Shown one piece after another: positions 17,665-26,165 of a DNA stretch of 26,165 bases. Source of the stretch: a virus (taxonomy: Duplodnaviria > Caudoviricetes); IMG/VR virus record IMGVR_UViG_3300031566_000313, positions 1 to 26,165 of that record; one strand, written 5' to 3'. The translations under genes were made by a program, and so were the position numbers. The number at the start of each line of letters is the position of its first letter. Positions within the stretch are counted from its first letter, which is position 1. The notes below the pieces were generated by a model. The model was not told the DNA's origin, searched no databases, and saw only the letters and a program-made list of their open reading frames with translations.

Positions 17665-18162
17665 TTATAGGTTAAGGATACATCTCCAAGGTTGAATTTC
17701 TAGTGTAATGTTTGTCAGTTCATCATTTGTATAATCGTTATCACCAAAGTCAATACTTACGATTTGACATTGCTCCAAGAACCATTTTTCAACCTCAACA
17801 CCTGTTGGGTCTAATGATTTAAGTGTAATGTCTTTTTTATAACCTGCTGCGTATCCCATACGTCCTGTAAGAGATTCAGCATGTAAACGAACCCACTCCA
17901 TAAGTTGCTGTGAAGTAGACGGACCAATTGGGTCTAGGAATGTCACTGACATCGAATCCCAAGTATATCTACCAGCAACATAGTTTTGTTCGTTCATGTA
18001 CATAATTGGGACACTATTGATTTTCATCGAAGGTCTTTTGAACTTCTGAACTTTCCAAACCTGAATTCCTAATGAGTCGTCAAATACGGCAAAGAATCTA
18101 TTGACTCTTTTTGGTTCGTATTCGAACGGCATCGTTCTTATCATTGTTTCTTCTGCTGCCAT
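17665..18162 (-). CDS. Tail tube protein (T4 gp19-like)
   Basis: 165 aa; EPKRVNRF, AGRYTWDSMSVTFLDPI, YKKDITLKSLDPTGVEVEKWFL. Confidence 0.9.
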   Translation of the reverse strand: MAAEETMIRTMPFEYEPKRVNRFFAVFDDSLGIQVWKVQKFKRPSMKINSVPIMYMNEQNYVAGRYTWDSMSVTFLDPIGPSTSQQLMEWVRLHAESLTGRMGYAAGYKKDITLKSLDPTGVEVEKWFLEQCQIVSIDFGDNDYTNDELTNITLEIQPWRCILNL

Positions 18163-18204
18163 GTTATTTGAATGTTAATTTTCTGCTTATTTTTGCGTTT
18201 AATA

Positions 18205-18212
18205 ATAAATAC
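18205..18212 (-). promoter_or_regulatory. Putative phage late promoter GTATTTAT
   Basis: 42 nt upstream of the tube ATG. Confidence 0.65.
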
Positions 18213-18251
18213 TCTGGTATTTGAAAATCATACCGATAAAAACAAACAAAA

Positions 18252-18662
18252 TTATTTTGGCATAATACCTGTTCTCTGAAATAACCTTAGTTCAGCTTTT
18301 CCAAGACTTTTCAAAGTCCTTGGTGGCTTTTCTTCTTCTTCCTCAAAATCCCCGTCATCAACGTCTTCATCATCTGGGAGTTCATCTTGTAAAGGAACTT
18401 CAGTAGAAACTTCTTCAACGGGTTCTTCAAATACTTGTGGTGAAACTTTCTCCACCAACACTCTTTCAATATCGGGATTGTCAACATAATCCTCACCATA
18501 TACAAATCCTTTTTCTTCCACAGGTTCTTCAACCACTGGTGGTTCTGCCATAGGAACAACAGATTCTAATTCTGGTGCTAGTAATTTTGCAACTTCTTCT
18601 ACTTTAGGTGCTGGTGTTTGACCCAGAGCACTTTTTGTGGGTCTTCCTCTTCTATTTGTCAT
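18252..18662 (-). CDS. Acidic, probably disordered protein with basic termini
   Basis: 136 aa; RRGRP N-terminus, E/D/P/V-rich core, basic C-terminal helix; own late-motif promoter. Confidence 0.7.
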   Translation of the reverse strand: MTNRRGRPTKSALGQTPAPKVEEVAKLLAPELESVVPMAEPPVVEEPVEEKGFVYGEDYVDNPDIERVLVEKVSPQVFEEPVEEVSTEVPLQDELPDDEDVDDGDFEEEEEKPPRTLKSLGKAELRLFQRTGIMPK

Positions 18663-18694
18663 AATATTCTAATTTATCGTTATTATTATTTCAC

Positions 18695-18702
18695 ATAAAT
18701 AC
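18695..18702 (-). promoter_or_regulatory. Putative phage late promoter GTATTTAT
   Basis: 32 nt upstream of ATG 18662, immediately after the sheath terminator. Confidence 0.65.
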
Positions 18703-18710
18703 TCATAAAT

Positions 18711-18740
18711 GAAAAAGACCCACTAATCGTGAGTCTTTTC
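18711..18740 (-). terminator. Intrinsic terminator of the sheath gene
   Basis: Minus-strand AAAAGACUCAC-GAUUA-GUGGGUCUUUUU. Confidence 0.8.
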
Positions 18741-18758
18741 CTTACTTAAACCTTATTA

Positions 18759-21506
18759 TCAGCCACCTACGTCATCAAATGATGCACCAGATGGTGTGAT
18801 GGTGAATGTAATACCGATGAATTCAACAGCACGTGTTGGTTTCAAGAATATTTCACCATATAGCTCGTTTCTGTCACGAGTTTCGGGAGTGTTATTACTA
18901 TTGTCCATTTTAACCCTGAAGTCGGTTAGACCTCTTTCTCTCTTGATGCTATCAAGAATTGGGTTTACTTTATTTAAGAATTGGTCAATAGTTGCTTGGT
19001 CGTTCTGTTCGAATACAAGTCTGATTGCAACATTAGCAATAAGAACCTTGATTTGAAGCAGTAATCTACGAACATTGATTCTATCAAGTGCACTTTCTTT
19101 AACCTGAAGAGTCTTCTGACCAAAAATTGCAGTACCTGCATCAGCGAAATCAGCCATTGGGTTGATTCTACCTGCGTAGATAATATCACGTGCTTCCAGA
19201 GACAATTTATACATTGACTTCTTGGCGTTAGTTACACCACGATTCAGACCAGCAGGTGCGAACCAAGGGAATCTCACGTTATCGGTAAATGCCATCGCTC
19301 TTACAACTTCACCTGTTGGTGGAATATAAACGTTGACGTTATTCTGAGTATCACGCATCTGAATCCAAGGGAAGTAAGTACAAGTGTAGCTACTGTCGAT
19401 TTCTGTGTCTTCAAGTAATCTAACGATTTCCTCTGAAACAGTAACATCTTCTTTACCGCTTCCACCAACTGTTGGTGTAATAACACCAGCTAGTTCAGGA
19501 GAATCAATTACATATAAACTATCGGTTCTTTGCTGTTCAATCATATCGATTGTGTTCTGAACCAATGTTGTTTGGTCTGTCCAGTTAATACCGGGAGTTG
19601 AGAAAAGGTTAATTGTGACATTCTCAGGATTACTGAAAGTATCGATTGCCATTTCCCATGCTTGGAAGTCATTTGTTGGAACAACCAATGGTTGACCCGG
19701 ATGACCACTCTGTCTTCCACCTTGTACATAACCATCACCGTATGAACGCTCTCTCCTATTTACATCCCAACCATTAAAACCACCAGCAGGAACCAGTGTG
19801 AATTTCCTTGTTTTGATGTCATAATATGGATTTGTTGGGTCATCAGTGTCATTATATGTCTGGAATTTACCAGCACCACCATCAAATTCGCCTTCTGGAT
19901 AGAAAACGATACCAGTAACTCCAGAGTCCATATGGAATCCATGTGATTTTGTGAAATCATCAGGGTCTTGTCCACTATAGAAGTTAATGAAATTAAATAA
20001 GTTTTGGTTTATGCCGTCATTAGTATATGCGGTTTCTGAAATACCAAGATATGTTTTAATTATTTTATCGGTATCAGTATAACCAGTCTTATAGAAAATT
20101 TTTGGTGCAACACCTGAAGTACTACCGTCACCAGTTGCTGACATTGCGTAATTACTTTGTACGTACCCTTCAAAACCTGCTGGGAATACATCAAGAGGAA
20201 TATCATCACCCATTTCAACCATAACATATTTACTCAATAGACTGTATTCACCATCACTTGTACCGATACGCTGACCAATATAATTTGACTGACCCTTAAT
20301 CATTGTACATTTTTGGTAGGTTTCCAGTACACTTGGATTTGCGTCAGTATCGTAGAAAGCACGAACAGCAACATCGAATTCTCCTGAGTATGGGTCGATG
20401 TTTGCAATTGTTACTTTAATTTCTTGGTTTGCAGCATTACCATCTGAAATACTGATAAATTTGAACAATCTGTCAACACTATTACCCTTTAGTTGAGATA
20501 CAACCCAAGGTGTTTCTGGTGTCTGGAAAGTTGTTTCATAATCACTATATACACTAGTACTACCAGTAATCAGTTCAGTGTTAACACCGTAAGCAGAACC
20601 GTCATCATCGAGCTTCTTAATGAGGTCGGGATAAATCGCTTCAACCCAAATCATTGTTGTTTTGTCTTTCGGTCCATATCCAATAACATTAGGTAAGAAA
20701 CTGGTGTCATTAGGATTTAATGAAACCTGATATGTTCCGGTATTTGCTGTGCTTGAAGCAACCATTGTAAATGTTGCAAAAAGGTCACCAGTATCACTGA
20801 GTGTATTATTAATTGTAATATCAAGATTTGTTGTAGTAAATTCAGTAACCGGAACACTATCAACAGCAGTGTTTGAGTCACCTCTACTTCTAACTACTGC
20901 CAGAACCATATTCTCGTACTCAGTTAATGATGTACCAGTATATAGTGTCACTTCATCATAAGCAATTCCGACACCAGCAACATATGTAGTTGCAGTAAAT
21001 TCGTGAACATAATTTGTGAATACACCAGTTATAACGTTTTTAGTATAACCAGTATCAGATACACCAGTTGCTCCCAGAAATCCTAATGAAACACCCAGAT
21101 ATGAACTACCGCTAAATGGTGTGTTTCCAGTTGTTACCGTAGTTGCGGTTACTGAATCTAGGTCAACACCAGCATTTAATGTTATGTTCCAAGCATTACC
21201 TGCCTGATATCCACTAAGTCCCAATACTCTAGTTACCCAAAGTTGCTGTGCTTCTTCAAGGAAGGCATTAGCAACATAAGGTAATTGATATTGAAGTTGT
21301 CCGTCTGGAAATCTTTTAGTGCTTTGTGCCCCAAATCTTTCGAAGAACTGAGTTTGGTCTTGAATGAAGACTGGTTCGAAAGCTGGACCCTTTAATGTTT
21401 CACCAGCAAGACCTAGTGTTGTTATACCAACATTACGTGTTACGTAAGTCAAGTCTCTTTCTTTAAATTTTACACCCGGAGAGGTAAATACAAAATCTTG
21501 TGCCAT
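18759..21506 (-). CDS. Contractile tail sheath protein (T4 gp18-like)
   Basis: 915 aa; FTSPGV, GETLKGPAFEP, YFPW, PWFAPAGLNRG, FGQKTL, LDRINVRRLL, VFEQND, KPTRAVEFI. Confidence 0.95.
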   Translation of the reverse strand: MAQDFVFTSPGVKFKERDLTYVTRNVGITTLGLAGETLKGPAFEPVFIQDQTQFFERFGAQSTKRFPDGQLQYQLPYVANAFLEEAQQLWVTRVLGLSGYQAGNAWNITLNAGVDLDSVTATTVTTGNTPFSGSSYLGVSLGFLGATGVSDTGYTKNVITGVFTNYVHEFTATTYVAGVGIAYDEVTLYTGTSLTEYENMVLAVVRSRGDSNTAVDSVPVTEFTTTNLDITINNTLSDTGDLFATFTMVASSTANTGTYQVSLNPNDTSFLPNVIGYGPKDKTTMIWVEAIYPDLIKKLDDDGSAYGVNTELITGSTSVYSDYETTFQTPETPWVVSQLKGNSVDRLFKFISISDGNAANQEIKVTIANIDPYSGEFDVAVRAFYDTDANPSVLETYQKCTMIKGQSNYIGQRIGTSDGEYSLLSKYVMVEMGDDIPLDVFPAGFEGYVQSNYAMSATGDGSTSGVAPKIFYKTGYTDTDKIIKTYLGISETAYTNDGINQNLFNFINFYSGQDPDDFTKSHGFHMDSGVTGIVFYPEGEFDGGAGKFQTYNDTDDPTNPYYDIKTRKFTLVPAGGFNGWDVNRRERSYGDGYVQGGRQSGHPGQPLVVPTNDFQAWEMAIDTFSNPENVTINLFSTPGINWTDQTTLVQNTIDMIEQQRTDSLYVIDSPELAGVITPTVGGSGKEDVTVSEEIVRLLEDTEIDSSYTCTYFPWIQMRDTQNNVNVYIPPTGEVVRAMAFTDNVRFPWFAPAGLNRGVTNAKKSMYKLSLEARDIIYAGRINPMADFADAGTAIFGQKTLQVKESALDRINVRRLLLQIKVLIANVAIRLVFEQNDQATIDQFLNKVNPILDSIKRERGLTDFRVKMDNSNNTPETRDRNELYGEIFLKPTRAVEFIGITFTITPSGASFDDVGG

Positions 21507-21567
21507 ATTATCTATTATTTAAGTTTTTATTATTTATTCGTTTATAGCCGATGACTATTCTTTTCAA

Positions 21568-21575
21568 ATAAATAC
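21568..21575 (-). promoter_or_regulatory. Putative phage late promoter GTATTTAT
   Basis: 61 nt upstream of the sheath ATG. Confidence 0.6.
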
Positions 21576-21771
21576 TAAAAAATAATCGAAAAGGTGTTTT
21601 GAGGCAATTAATATCACGTTGTTATTCTTATCCATAAATCTGAATTCCGGTGGATTTTTCCTAAAATGTCCCAAATTTTCATAAATTAGGAAATAATTGG
21701 AATTTTTTGGTCTGGATTTCCGAAAAAAATTTTTTGAAAAAAATGAAAAAAGTTTGGTTTTTCTCGTATTA

Positions 21772-21779
21772 GTATTTAT
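21772..21779 (+). promoter_or_regulatory. Putative phage late promoter GTATTTAT
   Basis: 16 nt upstream of ATG 21796; divergent from the sheath promoter. Confidence 0.65.
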
Positions 21780-21795
21780 AGGAAACATTTTTATT

Positions 21796-23940
21796 ATGAA
21801 TAAATCCCAACGAATCTATTTTAGTACGGGTTACACTGGAAACCAGAATCTGGATAAATACGTGAAAGTAAAACTCGAACAAGATGTTGAAACACTTGAG
21901 TTCATGTCAATGAGTCTTGGTACTGCGGATGTGTATCAGAATTTTAATGCGGATTACGGTGTTTTAGTTGGTAGAGTAATTGCTAACGGTGGAATTGGAA
22001 TCCCAAATGCTAGAATAAGTATATTTATCCCCCTTACTGACGAAGATGCACTAAATCCTGAACTCTACAGCGTTTATCCATATAAAACACCAAGAGATGA
22101 AAATAACGAGGGAAAACGATATAATTTACTTCCACGAGTTTCAAAGAAAGACCCCATTACCGAAATAATAAAACCGAAACAACCATTTGGCAGCTTTCCA
22201 ATTAAAGAAGAGGTTGTGGCAAACCCACCATTTTTAGAAGCATATAATAAATATTATAAATATACTGCGCTTACAAATAAAGCGGGTGATTACATGATAT
22301 TTGGCGTACCAGTTGGCACAAAAACCGTTCACCTGAGTTGTGATATCACAGATATTGGTGAATACAGCATGAACCCGGCATCTATGGTAACAAATCTTGG
22401 TTATTCACCAAATCTATTTACCGATAATAACACCAGAATAAAACCAAGTAGAGATTTAGGTGATTTACCGAACATCGAAACACAAGAAATAACTGTTGAT
22501 ATTAGACCATTCTGGGGTGATGCGGAGATTTTTGAAATCGGAATCACTCGTCAGGACTTCAGAATTCGTTCAGTATTGACCAATACTTTCGTTATTTTCG
22601 GTAGTGTCTTTACTGATGGTGATAATACAATGTGGAGTAGTGATTGGGAAGGTGGCAAACATATTCGTGAATACTTCAGAGCTAGAGACCCATCGGAAAA
22701 TTTATTTGGGGTCTGGAATAAACGAGTTGGAGAAGTTACGGAAAAGATTTATTATTATCCAACAAATGTTAGCGATGAAAAAATTGACACTGGTGATGTT
22801 GAAGAAGATGGTAGTGATATGGTGCTTCTGGATAAAAGCGAGTATTCCGTATATAAACGTGATGGTGATTTTGTTGTTATAATAAATTGTAACAGAGATA
22901 AAATCATCACCAATGAATTAGGAAACCCGGTTTCTGTGGATAATGATAGTGTTCAGGGAATATTTACAAAATTCAAGGGGTTCTTGACATTAGAAGTTAG
23001 TGATGAAGTAGTTCCAATGAATTTTAGTTATGAGTTAGGTAATAATCTTACTGTCGTACCACTTAGATATAAATTAAAATTCCCACAATACGCTAATAGA
23101 AATCATGGACTTGAACCACCCAATGAATCAACTGGAGACGACACCAGCGATACTAATGCATGGAGACTTCAACATAAAACTTTTGAGGGTGGAAAATTTT
23201 ATAGTGTTGCTAAGTTTCATGGACTTACCTATAATGACCATGAAAATGATGCTGACCAAACTGAAGAAGATGGATTTATGGAATTTTCTGATAATAATAT
23301 TGCTACCAGAGACCCAAATTGGAATGTTAATATATTAATAACTGAAACCAGTGGAGAAAAACCTAATAGTGATTATCAGTTTCCAAGCAATGCAACGCTA
23401 GTTGGTCATGGTGACCTTGATGTGTTTGGGGCAGCGTGGTTAAATCTATGTGTTCATCTTCCACAGGTGGGATATAGTACAGATGGTTGGGAAGATGTGA
23501 GGTGGGTGAGAACGAATGATAATTTTTCTCATCAAAAAAGTAGAGAAGGTACTTTTGGTACAATATTTAGATATTTAAACAATTATTTCGTTGGGGGTAA
23601 TCAACAAACAATAGCTGCATTACAATTTAACACCAAATGGTTTGCTCGTTCTGATGCACATTGGACTGATATTATTGAGGTTCCTGTTACCGATATACTT
23701 ACAATGAATGATAATGTTCCCTCAAAAGGATTTACTGATGATATTATTACTTTAAGTGGTGCTGAATATCGTAATGGTGATTATATTCCCCCTGATTGGA
23801 CTGTAACTGATGCAGCACCAATGAATGGGCAGAAAGATGGTGGTGACCCTACTGCTGGTCCTGATGACACCAAATATTTTTATAAGGGTTGGGGTCCATC
23901 CAATTGCATTGCTTTTTTAGCAGACCTCGGAATAATATAA
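21796..23940 (+). CDS. Putative virion structural protein with carboxypeptidase-regulatory-like (transthyretin-like) N-domain
   Basis: 714 aa from MNKSQ (start revised from 21697); GVLVGRV..GIPNARISIF..TNKAGDYMIFGVPVG. Confidence 0.6.
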   Translation: MNKSQRIYFSTGYTGNQNLDKYVKVKLEQDVETLEFMSMSLGTADVYQNFNADYGVLVGRVIANGGIGIPNARISIFIPLTDEDALNPELYSVYPYKTPRDENNEGKRYNLLPRVSKKDPITEIIKPKQPFGSFPIKEEVVANPPFLEAYNKYYKYTALTNKAGDYMIFGVPVGTKTVHLSCDITDIGEYSMNPASMVTNLGYSPNLFTDNNTRIKPSRDLGDLPNIETQEITVDIRPFWGDAEIFEIGITRQDFRIRSVLTNTFVIFGSVFTDGDNTMWSSDWEGGKHIREYFRARDPSENLFGVWNKRVGEVTEKIYYYPTNVSDEKIDTGDVEEDGSDMVLLDKSEYSVYKRDGDFVVIINCNRDKIITNELGNPVSVDNDSVQGIFTKFKGFLTLEVSDEVVPMNFSYELGNNLTVVPLRYKLKFPQYANRNHGLEPPNESTGDDTSDTNAWRLQHKTFEGGKFYSVAKFHGLTYNDHENDADQTEEDGFMEFSDNNIATRDPNWNVNILITETSGEKPNSDYQFPSNATLVGHGDLDVFGAAWLNLCVHLPQVGYSTDGWEDVRWVRTNDNFSHQKSREGTFGTIFRYLNNYFVGGNQQTIAALQFNTKWFARSDAHWTDIIEVPVTDILTMNDNVPSKGFTDDIITLSGAEYRNGDYIPPDWTVTDAAPMNGQKDGGDPTAGPDDTKYFYKGWGPSNCIAFLADLGII

Positions 23941-23941
23941 A

Positions 23942-23967
23942 AAAACCCGCTCAGTTGAGCGGGTTTT
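23942..23967. terminator. Bidirectional intrinsic terminator
   Basis: Perfect AAAACCCGCTC-AGTT-GAGCGGGTTTT between convergent genes. Confidence 0.9.
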
Positions 23968-23970
23968 AAT

Positions 23971-24399
23971 TTATTGTAAAATAAAAACATCAAAATCGAA
24001 ATCCACATCTTCTAATTTCACTCCGCTTCCAGTATATAGAAGAATTTTAAATGTTCTTTCCACACCACTAACTTGTTTTGAATCGGTAAAAGTAATAAAT
24101 GCATCATCAAGTATAATTTCCTCGAATTGATATTTTCTTCTAATATTTTCATCAAGAGAATCTGTAACAGTCGCCACATTACCTTCAATTCTAATGTAAA
24201 GGCGGGGATAGGTTTCTTCAACTGGTTGATAATTGACATCATTACCATTGGTTGATACCCATGAGAGGTTCGACCATTCAGAATATTGTTCTTCGAGTGT
24301 CAGGTCGGGAACAACCGGGTCGTCTTCGCAACAACTGGTGCTCATCAGAACAACAGCAAACATAATCGTCAATAAATAAGTTACTTTTTTCATCATCAT
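23971..24399 (-). CDS. Lipoprotein (signal peptide II), lipocalin-like beta-rich domain
   Basis: MKK + hydrophobic core + STS-C, then acidic CEDD; mature part is beta-strand rich. Confidence 0.75.
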   Translation of the reverse strand: MMMKKVTYLLTIMFAVVLMSTSCCEDDPVVPDLTLEEQYSEWSNLSWVSTNGNDVNYQPVEETYPRLYIRIEGNVATVTDSLDENIRRKYQFEEIILDDAFITFTDSKQVSGVERTFKILLYTGSGVKLEDVDFDFDVFILQ

Positions 24400-24422
24400 A
24401 ATTTTTAGTTAAACATACTCAT

Positions 24423-24450
24423 TATACGAATTTCAGCAGAAATTGTTACA
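24423..24450 (-). promoter_or_regulatory. ECF-sigma-type promoter (TGTAAC-N16-CGTATA)
   Basis: Minus strand, 23 nt upstream of the lipoprotein start. Confidence 0.5.
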
Positions 24451-24471
24451 ATTTCAGAAAAAAATTTGCAG

Positions 24472-24479
24472 GTATTTAT
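24472..24479 (+). promoter_or_regulatory. Putative phage late promoter GTATTTAT
   Basis: 5 nt upstream of ATG 24485. Confidence 0.6.
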
Positions 24480-24484
24480 TATAT

Positions 24485-26098
24485 ATGGATAAAAAGATTG
24501 AAATATTACTCGGTAACCAGAAAAACATCAATTCTATTAATACTGACTCATATGATAAGATTGAATTATCAAGTAATAAGTCGGAAATCATGGAATTCGC
24601 TATTAATGATATTGTGGATTCCACATTGGTGTTTGATAACGAAAGACAAGATAATCCCATCTATAGAATATATGGTAGGATTGAATGGATGTCGTTATTA
24701 AATGGAATTAAACAAGGACATAATGATTTAGAAGATTTTTTCAATCCAATATATACCGGAAATTCAAAGAACATTCTCAATTCGTTCCAGTTTTATCTCG
24801 TAGCCCCACACCCAACTGATTCTTATGGTTCTATTGTTGGCACTGCTGGAACCCAACGTATAAGAAGTTTTATTGTAATTGCGGGTATGGACGATATTGA
24901 AATATATAATGCTGGGTTTAGTAATAATGTTTATGGTGAACAAGTATATTCATTTAGTTTCAAATCAGATATTGATGTCAGTAATCTCTTCGACTATTTT
25001 GGTTTCCCGGTAACTGAATTGTTTTTATATGCTCAATATATAAAGTCATCTAATATTGTCGAACAGATGTCACGAACTACATGGACAAGCTATGGTGTTA
25101 AAAGTAAAAATAACACATTCACAACAAAAGACCTGAATGTTGGTGACGATGTTGAAGACTATAATGGTAGTAATATTCACGATATAATCGAATACCAAAG
25201 AGAAGATTTTTATCAACAACAATTAGAAGAACAATTTTTTTACATCAGAACCAGATATAATGATGGTGGAAATAAATGGTTGGAGTGGAAATATAACCCA
25301 TTTATTCCTTTTAGGTTAAGATATCTTAGTGATGATTTGGATAGTACTAAAGCAAGTCAGGTTATTGAGAATACAACAACTCTTGATGTCATACCAATAT
25401 ATAGCCCCTCTAATGAATTTAATGGGACCAAATCACAAAAGCAAACATTAACAACAACCGCTAATGTAATCGAGAATTGGGATGCTAATACCACAACATA
25501 TTTTAGTTGGGATGAAGAAGATGGTTATTTACAATTTCAAAACAATACTTTCTATAACATTAGTTTCAAAACAAAAATATATTTACCCGAAGGTACTGAC
25601 CAATATATTGCTCAAACAGATATGCAAGAATATGTTGGAGGTATGTGGGTTACTATTGTAGGAACCACAAGAAAATACTTCTCAAATGATGACCCGGAAC
25701 AATCTGTGAATTTCAGTAAAGCATATCTCAGTGGTAATCGAATTAGAGTCAGAGTCCAATTAATTCCGAACCCCGGAGAAAGAAAAGTAGAAACAATACC
25801 AGATTATGCAACAATTCTCACAACTGAAGGAAGGCTTGTGTGGCGTGATATAAATCCACAAGGATATGTGGAACCCCTAACTGGCGTTGGTGTTGATTAT
25901 CCGTTTTTTAATGAAAGAAGATATTTATTTTCACCCGTCATATTGAATGTTATTCCTAATTTAACGGAAGATGTTAATTTTAAACACGACCCCACAAATC
26001 TGGTGTTTGAAGAAATTTGGTTTAGTCCTGATGCCACTACATTGGATATTACACCAACAAAAGATGATTTAAATAACGTAGATAAACCATGTCAATAA
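24485..26098 (+). CDS. Hypothetical protein, probably virion structural
   Basis: 537 aa from MDKKI (start revised from 24443); FDNERQ..YRIYG, WRDI..GY, DYPFFN; late motif upstream. Confidence 0.6.
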   Translation: MDKKIEILLGNQKNINSINTDSYDKIELSSNKSEIMEFAINDIVDSTLVFDNERQDNPIYRIYGRIEWMSLLNGIKQGHNDLEDFFNPIYTGNSKNILNSFQFYLVAPHPTDSYGSIVGTAGTQRIRSFIVIAGMDDIEIYNAGFSNNVYGEQVYSFSFKSDIDVSNLFDYFGFPVTELFLYAQYIKSSNIVEQMSRTTWTSYGVKSKNNTFTTKDLNVGDDVEDYNGSNIHDIIEYQREDFYQQQLEEQFFYIRTRYNDGGNKWLEWKYNPFIPFRLRYLSDDLDSTKASQVIENTTTLDVIPIYSPSNEFNGTKSQKQTLTTTANVIENWDANTTTYFSWDEEDGYLQFQNNTFYNISFKTKIYLPEGTDQYIAQTDMQEYVGGMWVTIVGTTRKYFSNDDPEQSVNFSKAYLSGNRIRVRVQLIPNPGERKVETIPDYATILTTEGRLVWRDINPQGYVEPLTGVGVDYPFFNERRYLFSPVILNVIPNLTEDVNFKHDPTNLVFEEIWFSPDATTLDITPTKDDLNNVDKPCQ

Positions 26099-26165
26099 AA
26101 GAGACGATAAAATTTAATGGTGCTGATACTTTCATAAAGTTACCTCTAAAAATTAGTGATGAGTT
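26089..26165 (+). CDS. Partial CDS running off the window
   Basis: MSIKETIKFNGADTFIKLPLKISDE..., ATG overlaps the end of the previous gene. Confidence 0.6.
   Translation, partial: MSIKETIKFNGADTFIKLPLKISDE

Noticed and set aside
597-21506. Bacterial eCIS/T6SS/tailocin locus
   Set aside because: No AAA+ ATPase or membrane complex; sigma-like genes, exonuclease, T4-like chaperone and per-gene late promoters fit a phage, although no capsid gene is in view
21697-21795. N-terminal extension with apparent hydrophobic segment on the 747-aa ORF
   Set aside because: It is translated AT-rich intergenic DNA containing the promoter motif; ATG 21796 is the better start
24443-24484. Upstream TTG start of the 551-aa ORF
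   Set aside because: Overlaps promoter elements; ATG 24485 is preferred
1-26165. Stop-codon reassignment (alternative genetic code)
   Set aside because: Long genes are intact in code 11, and TAG (7328, 17372) and TGA (18759) end genes at natural termini

Overview
An AT-rich segment of a large myovirus (contractile-tailed, probably jumbo) phage genome. The host is probably Bacteroidota, based on TTG-N19/20-TAnnTTTG promoters, A-rich start regions without Shine-Dalgarno sequences, and a lipoprotein with an acidic export signal. The minus strand carries a tail module: sheath, acidic protein, tube, tail-assembly chaperone with a -1 frameshift extension, tape measure, a tube-initiator/baseplate protein with an inserted OmpA-like domain, and a LysM/gp53-like wedge. 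A ~9.3 kb plus-strand block splits this module. It encodes a degenerate HAD hydrolase, two glycosyltransferases, a sigma-like factor with a truncated paralog, hypothetical proteins, a gp5/gpV-like spike, a PD-(D/E)XK exonuclease and a 62-aa stand-alone copy of the sheath C-terminal domain. A GTATTTAT motif precedes nine genes on their sense strand and is the likely late promoter. No capsid, tRNA, CRISPR or IS was seen. All protein calls come from motif recognition by eye, not database searches.
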